Shown here: piece after piece, positions 28,277 through 37,474 of the stretch
Position numbering within the stretch: the stretch's first letter is position 1
Layout: each line of letters starts with the position of its first letter
Assembly: GCA_041645355.1 (NCBI GenBank)
Contig: JBAZQF010000006.1
Location: 80,816 to 144,815 of the forward strand
Reading direction: 5' to 3'
Length of the DNA: 64,000 nucleotides
Source: Methanoregula sp.
Lineage (GTDB): Archaea > Halobacteriota > Methanomicrobia > Methanomicrobiales > Methanospirillaceae
Notes under the pieces: generated by a model
Told to the model about the DNA's origin: nothing
Databases searched by the model: none
Seen by the model: the letters and a program-made list of their open reading frames with translations, nothing else
Program-made: the position numbers and the translations under genes

Positions 28277-28483
28277 ATGAATACAAAACTGACCGGGATT
28301 TTCCGTGACGGGGATATGAAGGAGCTGAGGGAGTGGATCGGGAACGTTGCGGGCGCATCGACTGAACAGAGATCCGAAATTGCTGATCTCCGGGCCGAAG
28401 TATTCCAGATAAGGCTGTCTGTTGAGGCAATACAGAAAAAAGTGGACAACATCGAGCGGCTCCTTACGAACCTGGCGGAGTGA
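28277..28483 (+). CDS. Small coiled-coil protein
   Basis: 68 aa, starts 6 bp after the previous stop; C-terminus resembles the previous gene's tail. Confidence 0.6.
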   Translation: MNTKLTGIFRDGDMKELREWIGNVAGASTEQRSEIADLRAEVFQIRLSVEAIQKKVDNIERLLTNLAE

Positions 28484-28569
28484 GCCTGTTCCGGCACACC
28501 ACATCCCATCCGTGACGGAAGCACGGTATTTAATGATCTTGGGCACCCCATCATTCCGGAAGAGATATT

Positions 28570-29079
28570 ATGGCACGAATACTTGTCGCATATGTAACAC
28601 GGAACGGTTCCACGGCTGAGATTGCTGAGGCAATCGGCAGGGAACTAAAAAAGACCGGATCTGCCGTCACGGTAGCAGACATTATGACCAACCGGTCAAT
28701 CGATGGATATACTGCGGTTGTATTCGGCGGACCGCTCTACATGGGGCGGATGGACGGGCAGGTGGTAAAATTTGTAAAAAAATACATGGATACGTTGTCA
28801 CACATACCCGTTGCGGCGTTTGCCGTTGGTCTTGCCCCAAAAGACCCCAAACCCGAAGCAGTCGGGCTGGCCATGGAGGCTCTTGAAAAGGCAATCATAC
28901 CCCTCTGTCCCGTCTCGACGGCCCTTTTCGCCGGCAGGCTGGACCCGGCAAAGATCGGTTTTTTAATGCGCAAATTCATGGAGATGGCAAAGATCCCGGC
29001 CGGCGATTTCCGCGACTGGGACGCGATAGCCGCGTGGGCAGCGAAGCTTCCCGGGCCCCTGGGGATCTCAAAAACTTAG
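28570..29079 (+). CDS. Flavodoxin domain protein (HemG/Flavodoxin_5-like)
   Basis: YVTRNGSTAEIA and DFRDWDAI. Confidence 0.85.
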   Translation: MARILVAYVTRNGSTAEIAEAIGRELKKTGSAVTVADIMTNRSIDGYTAVVFGGPLYMGRMDGQVVKFVKKYMDTLSHIPVAAFAVGLAPKDPKPEAVGLAMEALEKAIIPLCPVSTALFAGRLDPAKIGFLMRKFMEMAKIPAGDFRDWDAIAAWAAKLPGPLGISKT

Positions 29080-29096
29080 CAAATTTACCCCCACGG

Positions 29097-29351
29097 CTAA
29101 ACGCTCTTTTCCTGAAGCACCAGGTACATCCCGGCGAGGGCCGAGAGGACTGCTATGATATTCAGTACCGAAAGAACATCTGTTGATACTCCAATCGATC
29201 CCAGGTAGTCAAATGCCGCAAAGACCAGGAATGTAACGGCGAACAGATAGCCATAGGTTTTTTTCCGGGAATATCCCGCATAGACACCCATACAACAAAT
29301 GATTAGCTCAAGGACCATTGCGACGGGTGTCAGGATCGCTGAATATGTCAT
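29097..29351 (-). CDS. Small 3-TM hypothetical protein
   Basis: 84-aa hydrophobic ORF. Confidence 0.55.
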   Translation of the reverse strand: MTYSAILTPVAMVLELIICCMGVYAGYSRKKTYGYLFAVTFLVFAAFDYLGSIGVSTDVLSVLNIIAVLSALAGMYLVLQEKSV

Positions 29352-29553
29352 ATAAAAAAAATTACCCGTTTGAGATATTAATCTGACGGGGGATCAGCAG
29401 GTGAAATGCCATTGTAACAGGTAACGGCTCAGATCCCGGCTTCGGACCTGCCCTTTGGCATGCAGCTGATGCTATCCGATATGGTAACAATACCCTCCCG
29501 GTGATCCGGATACAAACAACTCTTTTATCAGGAATGAGGGTAATTTTCAATCT

Positions 29554-29949
29554 ATGGCACTGAATGAGAGAGCAACCAGTGAAGTTGCAGAGGTTATGAA
29601 CAACTATGTCCGGTATTACAATGAGAGGAACGCGGGAAAGGTCCTTTCACTTTTCTCAAAGACTGTCTCCGGGTTTGGCACCGCAAAAGACGAGATTGCC
29701 TGCAATCTCTCCGAGTTAAGGGAGAGAATCCTTATCGATCTCAGTCCTGCAAATGCCATTAGCATGAGCGTGAAAATACTGGCCACCGGGGGAGAGATGC
29801 CAGCAGCATGGATCACCGGGCTCTGTAACCTTGACGGCAGGATGGGCGGGAAGAGTATCCATATGGAGGGCAGGGTAACAGCAGTCCTTGTCAACCATGG
29901 CGGCAAGTGGCTCTTCGAGCAGGTCCACTTCTCTGTACCGGATGCGTAA
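29554..29949 (+). CDS. NTF2/SnoaL-like protein
   Basis: GFGT..DE and RVTAVL...WLFEQVHFSVP. Confidence 0.8.
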   Translation: MALNERATSEVAEVMNNYVRYYNERNAGKVLSLFSKTVSGFGTAKDEIACNLSELRERILIDLSPANAISMSVKILATGGEMPAAWITGLCNLDGRMGGKSIHMEGRVTAVLVNHGGKWLFEQVHFSVPDA

Positions 29950-30022
29950 TTGCAGGCAACAGGACAGCCCCGTTCCACGGGGATGGATGAAAAAAGTGCT
30001 GTACCGGGATCTTCCCCTTACA

Positions 30023-31282
30023 TCACATCGTCATGAACAGGTAGACTGCGAAGAGTGGAACGAACGCTCCAGCCCACACAAGCTTATTCCAGGCAAAGAT
30101 CTCTTTTCCTTCGCAGGGCGGGATCGGGAGCAGCTCGAAGACCGCGGTCACCATGTTCATGAGAAAACCGATCATCCCGGCAGTCCGGAACAATCCTCCC
30201 ATGGGTATCAGGAGCAGGCAGAGGAATGCCAGAAGCGTTGAAACGGCAGGGCCGGACAGCATCATGTACCCGAGACTGCGTTTTTCAAGCGGTTTTTGGG
30301 AATGGACCAGGGTCAGGAACGGCTGGGCGAAAACATTCCCGAAGAGCCATGCGGTAACGGCCATGATCACGGTCCCGATTCCCCAGAACTGGATCTCGGT
30401 CCTGCAGGTGAATTTGTGTTCAAAGTATAGGTGGGCCAGTTCGTGTATCACGAGGGAGAGGCCCCCCATCACAATGTAGATCGCTATCATGGCCGGCTCA
30501 AACGGCTGCCGGTCTGCATACAGGAAGAGAATCCCGATGATCAGCGTGCCTGCAAGAAGGACCAGGAGCTCTTTTTTTGAGAACCCGAAATAGAGTTTTT
30601 CTGTCTCCTCAGAGATTATCGTGCGCCGTTCCTTGTCACGGTCAAGGATCTTTCCGGTGATTACCCCGCCAAAAGCATTTTTCAAAAACGAGGTAATCTG
30701 CCCGCCCCAGGATGAGATGGTTGAGTTGAACAGAGCGATAATGCCGGTAATGGCGATAGCTGATCCTGCGGCGGCGGCAGGCAGTGCCTCCTCCGGGATG
30801 ACACCGGAAAGCGGAACCTGTTTTGCCGGGAGTTGTGTCCCGGTTGCCGGGGTTGCTATGACTGCTGGTGCCAAGGTCCCGACCGGGGCCGTTGTGACTG
30901 CAATCGTTGGAACGGTAGTCACAGCCGCGGCCCGGGTAGATGCGGGTGTGACGGTCTGTGTCGGGGATGGCGTTGTGGTCGGCACCGGTGACGGTGTGGC
31001 ACTCACGGTCGGGCTTGGGGTTTGCCCGGGTGTCTGCGTGGCTCTGTCCTTGTCATGACCATAGGCATAGGCATTTCCGTTCGGATCCGCTGCCGGGGAG
31101 GTATCCGCCTGTATCAGAAGTGAGCTGCTGCCTGCTCCAAAGTGAGATTCAGATAATTCCGGCGGGAGGCCGGTGCTCTGATCTGCACAGGCTGCCAGCA
31201 CAAAAACTGGTGAACAAATCAGCAATACCGATAAAAGGACGAGAATTCCCCGTTGCATCTTCTGCATCCGCAGTTCTGTCAT
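30023..31282 (-). CDS. Membrane protein with signal peptide, Thr/Pro-rich stalk and M50-like zinc peptidase domain
   Basis: HELAH, SGP and ELLPIPPCEG motifs; T/P-rich linker. Confidence 0.7.
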   Translation of the reverse strand: MTELRMQKMQRGILVLLSVLLICSPVFVLAACADQSTGLPPELSESHFGAGSSSLLIQADTSPAADPNGNAYAYGHDKDRATQTPGQTPSPTVSATPSPVPTTTPSPTQTVTPASTRAAAVTTVPTIAVTTAPVGTLAPAVIATPATGTQLPAKQVPLSGVIPEEALPAAAAGSAIAITGIIALFNSTISSWGGQITSFLKNAFGGVITGKILDRDKERRTIISEETEKLYFGFSKKELLVLLAGTLIIGILFLYADRQPFEPAMIAIYIVMGGLSLVIHELAHLYFEHKFTCRTEIQFWGIGTVIMAVTAWLFGNVFAQPFLTLVHSQKPLEKRSLGYMMLSGPAVSTLLAFLCLLLIPMGGLFRTAGMIGFLMNMVTAVFELLPIPPCEGKEIFAWNKLVWAGAFVPLFAVYLFMTM

Positions 31283-31407
31283 GTAGTATCAGTTCCTCAA
31301 AAATAGCCTTGACAGTATATACTATTTCAAAGTGCGTTTTTTTATCAACTGGGCTGTCTTTCCGGGCCCGAAATAATCTTGGATAAACAAGAAAAAGAAG
31401 GGTGGGT

Positions 31408-31974
31408 TCACCGTACCCAGGTAACAACCGGGGCGTGCTTATCGTGGGCCTCCGGCTTCTCTTCAGGGTAGCCGAAGACGATCGTCCCAACCGGGCTGTA
31501 GCCCTCAGGAATATGGAATCCGGCCATGAGCTCTTTGTTCTCATAGGCAACTTCCGTTGACCCGATCCAGCAGCTGCCGATCCCAAGGGCATGGGCGGCA
31601 AGCATCATGTTCTCAGCACAAAGAGAGCAGTCGATCTCCCGGAACCGGCTGCCGGTCTTCCCGATGACCATGATGACCGTCGGGGCGTGGTAGTAGATCG
31701 AGTACCCCGGGCTCTCCAGCAGCGCCCGGAACGCGTCCGACATCCCGTCATGGGCATTTTTCATGTGCGAGATCATGATAGGCTTGCAGTAATCCGAGAC
31801 CCGATCAAGGAATGCCTGGTTCTGCACTACCACAAAACCCCATGGCTGGAGCGCGAGGGCCGAGGGGGCATATGTTCCTGCTTTTATGATCTTTTCCAGT
31901 ACCGCATCGGGTATCTGCCGCTGTGCAAATTTCCTGACACTGCGGCGTGTCATGATGGCATCGATTGCTTCCAT
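31408..31974 (-). CDS. Nitroreductase family protein
   Basis: RRSVRKF, APSA..QPW and LGIGSCWIG. Confidence 0.9.
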   Translation of the reverse strand: MEAIDAIMTRRSVRKFAQRQIPDAVLEKIIKAGTYAPSALALQPWGFVVVQNQAFLDRVSDYCKPIMISHMKNAHDGMSDAFRALLESPGYSIYYHAPTVIMVIGKTGSRFREIDCSLCAENMMLAAHALGIGSCWIGSTEVAYENKELMAGFHIPEGYSPVGTIVFGYPEEKPEAHDKHAPVVTWVR

Positions 31975-32025
31975 ATCAGATAACTCCCTTCATTCTCATA
32001 TGCTGATGTGCCTAAATAGCCTGTT

Positions 32026-32595
32026 TCATACCAGCAGGTCCCTGCCGATCCGGTATGCCCTGTCCATGTACTCCTTTTTCTCCGTTACCGGTGGTTTGAT
32101 CCCGGCATCGAGATCACAGGCTATGAGATGATCTTTTACCAACAAGCCTGTAAGACCTGTCATATGCATGAACGTATTGACAGGAGTTTCAAACAATCGG
32201 GCATCCGGCTGGTTCTGCGTGAAGATAAACGAGATTCTTTTCACCTTCGGCATCTTCGGGCTCAGGTCCATTCCTATGTACGGGAAGAGCCGGTCAAGCC
32301 ATAGCTTGGTCTGGGCGGTGACACCCGCAAAATAGATGGGAGTGGCAACGATAATGCCATCGGATTCCTTCATCAGCGTATGGATCTTCTGCATGTCGTC
32401 TTTCACCGCACATTCCGCAATGTCATTCTTCTTGCACCAGTAGCAGGCCTGGCAGCCCCGGATTTTCAGGTCATTGAGGAATACAGTCCCGGTTGTAATA
32501 CCCTGTTCGACAAGTCCTCGCTCTGCTTCCGCAGCAAGGATGCGGGTGCTGCCGTTCTTCCGGGGACTGCCAATAAGAATAGTCACTTTTTTCAT
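32026..32595 (-). CDS. Iron-sulfur flavoprotein (Isf) family
   Basis: GSPRKNGST, CQACYWC...C and TPIYF. Confidence 0.88.
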   Translation of the reverse strand: MKKVTILIGSPRKNGSTRILAAEAERGLVEQGITTGTVFLNDLKIRGCQACYWCKKNDIAECAVKDDMQKIHTLMKESDGIIVATPIYFAGVTAQTKLWLDRLFPYIGMDLSPKMPKVKRISFIFTQNQPDARLFETPVNTFMHMTGLTGLLVKDHLIACDLDAGIKPPVTEKKEYMDRAYRIGRDLLV

Positions 32596-33239
32596 GGTTG
32601 TATCAGCCGCTCTCCCATTTCAAACGCCCGTCTGCAGTCTTGCGGGAATACTGTCCTTCGCCGCTCTTTTCTCTCTTCCGGATCAGCGTATCTGAAGACG
32701 ACCTTTTCATAGTCCTCGAACTGGAGGGTCTCGAACGAGAAGAATGATTCCGCTGACTGGCCGAAAGTCCGGCTCAGGACATTTTCATTGAGACCGGTAT
32801 GCACGGGATACTGTAACTCTTTCATCTGGGCTTCCGATACGTTCATCGTATAGACAAACGCCGTGGGCATCTTCCGCCCGAATAACGATGACGGTGGGCG
32901 GGCGTAGACAAGGTACGGGAAGAGCAGCCGTTCCATGAAGGACCGCATCTCACCGGTGACGGTACCGAAATAGATCGGCGACCCGAGGATGAGCGCATCC
33001 GCCCGGGCGATCCGTTCGAGAACGGGTGTCAAATCATCCTGAAGAGCGCATTTCCCGTAACTCTTCCCGCCTTTCAGTTTGCAGGCAAAGCAGCTGGTGC
33101 AGCCCCTGAAATCCAGATCGTAGAGGTGAACGAGATCAGTTCTGGCCCCCTTCGATCCTGCCCCGGAAAGGGCGTGTTCAAGCAGCGTTGCAGTGTTCCA
33201 CTTCTTCCGCGGGCTTCCATTGATGGCTATGACATTCAT
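32592..33239 (-). CDS. Iron-sulfur flavoprotein (Isf) family
   Basis: NGSPRKKWNT, CTSCFAC...C and GSPIYF; start MNVIAI. Confidence 0.88.
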   Translation of the reverse strand: MNVIAINGSPRKKWNTATLLEHALSGAGSKGARTDLVHLYDLDFRGCTSCFACKLKGGKSYGKCALQDDLTPVLERIARADALILGSPIYFGTVTGEMRSFMERLLFPYLVYARPPSSLFGRKMPTAFVYTMNVSEAQMKELQYPVHTGLNENVLSRTFGQSAESFFSFETLQFEDYEKVVFRYADPEERKERRRTVFPQDCRRAFEMGERLIQP

Positions 33240-33274
33240 TGAATGCTCCAAAAAATTCCGGATATCCCGGGTTC

Positions 33275-34093
33275 CTACTGCCACGTCACCTGCAGGGGTT
33301 TCCGCCGGGGGATCCCGTAAATCTTGTACTGTGGGTGACCAAACATCATCGCATACGCAGATGTCCTGCCCGCGGGGAGCCCGAGATACTTTTGCAGCGG
33401 GGGGTATTCTCGGGCGGCACCGGCCACAAATCCGGCCCAGCACGTTCCTATCCCATAGGCTGGTGCCGCGACATCGAAATGGGTTAGCGCGATGATGGCG
33501 TCGACCGGTGCAATCGGGTTACCCTCAGGAATGTGGGCAAAGAGCAGGTGCGGGGCTCCCCGGCAGATGACATCGTACCCGGCTTCAAAGGGCTGGATCA
33601 GCATCGGCACATAACCGCTCATCGGATGTGAGGTATTGATAAGGGTCTTCATCCATTCAACGGTCAGCACGGCGATCTTCTTCACCTTCTCCGGGTCATG
33701 GACAACGATCCACTCCACCGGCTGCCCGTTGCCACCCGATGCAGCGTAACGGGCAATATCGAGGAGTTCTACGATCTTCTCTTTCGGCACCGGGTCTTTT
33801 GTGAAGCGTCGCACGGACCGCCGTTTTTTCAGGTAATATCCCATCTCATCAGGAGCAATCGTCCCGGCACCGGCCGGAAGAAACACTTTCTCGTCCGGGC
33901 GATCATTGAGGAGGAGCGCCTGCGAGGGGCAGAATACCTCGCAGTGCCCGCACCGGATGCACATTTTTTTCTTTGCATCCGGTATCCTTGGCAGGGTGTT
34001 CTCATCAGCGGGGTCAATGAGCCCCATGGTACAGGCATTCGAACAGATCCCGCACCGGGTGCAGAGATCCTGGTCAACAAGTATCGCGGTCAT
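33275..34093 (-). CDS. Ferredoxin-nitroreductase fusion
   Basis: CTRCGICSNAC and CIRCGHCEVFCP, then RRSVRRF and GIGTCWAG. Confidence 0.9.
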   Translation of the reverse strand: MTAILVDQDLCTRCGICSNACTMGLIDPADENTLPRIPDAKKKMCIRCGHCEVFCPSQALLLNDRPDEKVFLPAGAGTIAPDEMGYYLKKRRSVRRFTKDPVPKEKIVELLDIARYAASGGNGQPVEWIVVHDPEKVKKIAVLTVEWMKTLINTSHPMSGYVPMLIQPFEAGYDVICRGAPHLLFAHIPEGNPIAPVDAIIALTHFDVAAPAYGIGTCWAGFVAGAAREYPPLQKYLGLPAGRTSAYAMMFGHPQYKIYGIPRRKPLQVTWQ

Positions 34094-34122
34094 GATTATT
34101 CTCTCACTTTGAATTTTTAAGG

Positions 34123-34728
34123 TCAATGTTTTCTGGTCTTGTGCGGGGAAGTCTTCGATTGATGTATCTTTGCAAGAAGCCACGCCATATTCTTTCCGGT
34201 ATCCCGGGCCCAGGACATCCCTTCCTCATCGTTTGCCACTTCCCCTTTCTCCCTGCCAACGCCGATTGCCGGAAAACCCGGGACGATCATTCCCCCGATC
34301 AGCAGGAAGTGGAGGAGAGTATCGAGGGCATGGGTTGCCCCGGCCCGCCGGACTGCAACAACGGCTGACCCCGCCTTGCGCCGGAACAGGCCCCCGTTTG
34401 CCATCGAGACAAACCCGGCCCGGTCGATGAGAGCCTTCATCTCTGGCGTGATATCCGTGAAATAGACCGGGGAGCCAATGAGAATCCCGTCAGCACGGGC
34501 CATCTTTTCAATGCAGCTGTTCACGATATCGTCATCAAACACGCACTTTTTATTGCGGTTCTCGAAACATTTCATGCATGCAGTGCACCCGCGGATCTGT
34601 TTTCCTCCAACCTGCACAAGTTCTGTCCTGATTTTTTCTTTCTCAAGCTCCTGGAGAACCTCCCGGATCAGGATTGAAGTGTTCCCTTCTGCCCGGGGAC
34701 TGCCGTTGAATGCAACAACCGTGGTCAT
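34123..34728 (-). CDS. Iron-sulfur flavoprotein (Isf) family
   Basis: NGSPRAEGNT, CTACMKC...C, GSPVYF and RRAGA. Confidence 0.9.
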   Translation of the reverse strand: MTTVVAFNGSPRAEGNTSILIREVLQELEKEKIRTELVQVGGKQIRGCTACMKCFENRNKKCVFDDDIVNSCIEKMARADGILIGSPVYFTDITPEMKALIDRAGFVSMANGGLFRRKAGSAVVAVRRAGATHALDTLLHFLLIGGMIVPGFPAIGVGREKGEVANDEEGMSWARDTGKNMAWLLAKIHQSKTSPHKTRKH

Positions 34729-35294
34729 TTTGGATCCACCTTCAGCTTCTTTCCGGCACTCCATGCATCGCCCGCGAACTTCCCGAGCGTCCAGTACCGG
34801 TTGTCGGGCATGGTGAGGAAGAGCGGATCAATCTCCGGAAAATCCGGCTTGTTGTCCCTGATGACCCGGCCATCTGCATAGGCCCCTATAATCTCGCCGA
34901 TATAGAGGGTGTTGGTCGGGAGGGGCACGGTCTGGACAAGCCGGCACTCGAGCGAGACCGGGCACTCCCGGATCATCGGGGCCGTCTTCAGTGAGCCATA
35001 GAAGACATCGAATACTTTCGACTTGTCTGTCTTCTCGCCGGAGACCAGGCCGCAGTAATCGGTCTTTTCCAGAAGATCCGATGATGGGATATTGACCGAG
35101 AAGGTTTTCGTTTCCATAATCCCTTTCGGGGTGTAGTGGTGGTTCCCGATCCCGCACGCGATCATGGGCGGGTTCGCATTCGCCCTGGCGCACCAGCCCA
35201 CGGTCATAAAGTTGTCCTTCCCGTTCACTTGTGATCCTACAAGAACCACCGGCATGGGGATAAAAAAGTTCGATCCAATCTGTTTCTTATCCAT
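34725..35294 (-). CDS. Flavin reductase family protein (flavoredoxin-like)
   Basis: PMPVVLVG, FSVNIP, DYCGLVSG and APMIRECP. Confidence 0.88.
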   Translation of the reverse strand: MDKKQIGSNFFIPMPVVLVGSQVNGKDNFMTVGWCARANANPPMIACGIGNHHYTPKGIMETKTFSVNIPSSDLLEKTDYCGLVSGEKTDKSKVFDVFYGSLKTAPMIRECPVSLECRLVQTVPLPTNTLYIGEIIGAYADGRVIRDNKPDFPEIDPLFLTMPDNRYWTLGKFAGDAWSAGKKLKVDPK

Positions 35295-35464
35295 AGGTTT
35301 TCCTCAAACTCAGGTCAGCAGAGTTCCCTGACAGAAAGTCATAAGCAGGCAGGATGCATACTATTCTTCTGCAAGGGTAATCTGGACTGTTAGATTAAAA
35401 TCTGCCTTAACTGAATATATAGGAAATACAATAGATATTGCAACATACTTTCATTGAGGTAACC

Positions 35465-35848
35465 ATGACCTATACCAAAAACGGAAAAATTTACCACTGC
35501 ACGGTCGAGGCTGCACTCGATGTTATCGGCGGGAAGTGGAAACCCATTATCCTCTGGCACTTAAGGGAGAACGTGCTCCGGTTCAACGAGCTGCAGAAAG
35601 GATTGCCCGGGGTCAATTCAAAGATGCTCACCAAACAGTTGCGGGAACTGGAGGAAGACGGGGTTATCCGGAGGAAAGTCTATGCCGAAGTGCCCCCGCG
35701 GGTGGAATATACGATAACGGACTTCGGGAAGACGGTCCTCCCGATTCTGGAGGCCCTCTGCGACTGGGGAGCCCGGTACCTGGGTGTTGAAGATACAGCC
35801 ACGGATAAGTGTCAGGCAAAAGCGAAGCAGAGAGAAGAGAAGAAGTGA
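35465..35848 (+). CDS. HxlR/DUF24 family transcription regulator
   Basis: CTVEAALDVIGGKWK, LRELEEDG and PPRVEY. Confidence 0.92.
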   Translation: MTYTKNGKIYHCTVEAALDVIGGKWKPIILWHLRENVLRFNELQKGLPGVNSKMLTKQLRELEEDGVIRRKVYAEVPPRVEYTITDFGKTVLPILEALCDWGARYLGVEDTATDKCQAKAKQREEKK

Positions 35849-35918
35849 GCCGGATTATCTACGACTTTAAAAACTCAAATCATTTTATTATCCGGTAAAA
35901 GGGATGGGTTGAATCCTC

Positions 35919-36692
35919 TCACTGCAAAGCCGGATCCGGCTTTCTTTGGATCCTCCGGGTAACTCTTTCGCGGATATTGATAAATTCAGGACCCGCCGGA
36001 TCCCGCGGGTGGGGGAGGTTCACCGGCAGTATTTCAGACACGACTGCCGGCCTCTTCGAAAGGATTACAATACGGTCTGCAAGATAAACGGCTTCCTCGG
36101 GGTTATGAGTGACCAGAAGGATGGTCGTCTTCATTACATTACGGATTCTCAGGACTTCATCCTCAAGTTCCTTCCGGGTGAACGTGTCAAGCGCACTGAA
36201 CGGTTCATCCATTAGGAGGATATCCGGTTTTACTGCAAGCGCCCGGGCAACCGCGACGCGCTGTTTCATCCCGCCTGAGAGCTGGTGGGGAAGGGAATTT
36301 TGGAACATATCCAGGTGGGTGAGGGATAAAAGAGCCTCTGCCCGTTCCTTTACAGTCTCTTCCGGCACCTTCTGTGCTTCAAGCCGCAGGCCGTACACAA
36401 TATTCTCATAGATTGAGAGCCACGGGAAGAGGGCAGGGTCCTGAAAGACCATAGCCGCCGAAGATTTGCCGGGGGTCATTCCCGAAGCCTCGCGGATGGT
36501 GCCGGTTTCCTTCTGCTCGAGCCCCCCGATGATCCGGAGCAGCGTGGTCTTGCCGCAGCCGGATGGCCCCATGATGCAGAGGATCTCGTTTTCACTGACG
36601 TCAAAGGAGATGTTATCCAAGGCGGGGCAGATCTCATTATCGTCACGGAACGTCTTTGCAATTTTATCAAGAGCGAGAACCGGATCCATCAT
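35919..36692 (-). CDS. ABC transporter ATP-binding protein (SsuB/TauB/NrtD type)
   Basis: GPSGCGKT, LSGGMKQR, LLMDEPF and VTH. Confidence 0.92.
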   Translation of the reverse strand: MMDPVLALDKIAKTFRDDNEICPALDNISFDVSENEILCIMGPSGCGKTTLLRIIGGLEQKETGTIREASGMTPGKSSAAMVFQDPALFPWLSIYENIVYGLRLEAQKVPEETVKERAEALLSLTHLDMFQNSLPHQLSGGMKQRVAVARALAVKPDILLMDEPFSALDTFTRKELEDEVLRIRNVMKTTILLVTHNPEEAVYLADRIVILSKRPAVVSEILPVNLPHPRDPAGPEFINIRERVTRRIQRKPDPALQ

Positions 36693-37474
36693 TCCTTCCC
36701 CTGCCAGCTGAAGAACCGTACCTGTCCTGCCCGGAAAAGGGTATCTGCAACAAGCCCGATAAGACCGATAATGATCATACCTGCTCCAATCACCTGGAGC
36801 TGGCCGAGGTTGTAGGCGTACATGATGAGAAAACCAAGGCCGGCCGTTGTCCCGGGCAGCATCTCGGCGGCAACCACGCACATCCATGCAACGCCAAACG
36901 AGACCCGGAGACCCGTCCAGATAACAGGAAGGGCCCCGGGTACCACAACGGTGCGGATCTGCTCAAAGCCGGTTGCATGCAGCATCTCTGCAACCTCCAA
37001 CCATCTCTTCCTCACGCCCCCCACGCCATCTATGGTGTTTATCAGGATCGGGAAGAATGCGCCCGCGACAATGATGAACAGGACCGAATTGAACCCGATG
37101 CCGAACCATGCAATGGCAAAGGGCATCCAGGCGATCGGGGGGACGGGACGCAGGATCTGGATGACCGGGTTGAGATATTCCCGGACTTCCGCGGACCAGC
37201 CGATCAAAAGACCGAGCGGGATCGCAATTGCTGCAGCACAGAAAAAGCCGGTCAGCACCTCTTTGAGGCTCACAAAGGTATTCTGAATAAGGGTCTGGCC
37301 GCCAAGGACCGGTGATGCCGGGTTGAGAAGCACAGAAAAAATATCCCCGAGCGTGGGGAGAATGTAGTTGTTCTGGATGACAAGAGCTAATCCCTGCCAT
37401 ACCACAAGAAGGATGACGATGACTGCCAGTCCTTTGCTGCATTTAGAGATATTCTGTTTCGAAATCAGTTCCAT
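36689..37474 (-). CDS. ABC transporter permease (SsuC/TauC type)
   Basis: LRPVPPIAW and VVAAEM motifs. Confidence 0.92.
   Translation of the reverse strand: MELISKQNISKCSKGLAVIVILLVVWQGLALVIQNNYILPTLGDIFSVLLNPASPVLGGQTLIQNTFVSLKEVLTGFFCAAAIAIPLGLLIGWSAEVREYLNPVIQILRPVPPIAWMPFAIAWFGIGFNSVLFIIVAGAFFPILINTIDGVGGVRKRWLEVAEMLHATGFEQIRTVVVPGALPVIWTGLRVSFGVAWMCVVAAEMLPGTTAGLGFLIMYAYNLGQLQVIGAGMIIIGLIGLVADTLFRAGQVRFFSWQGKE

Noticed and set aside
30830-31040. Low-complexity GT-rich DNA as a repeat element
   Set aside because: It encodes the Thr/Pro-rich linker of the M50-like protein.
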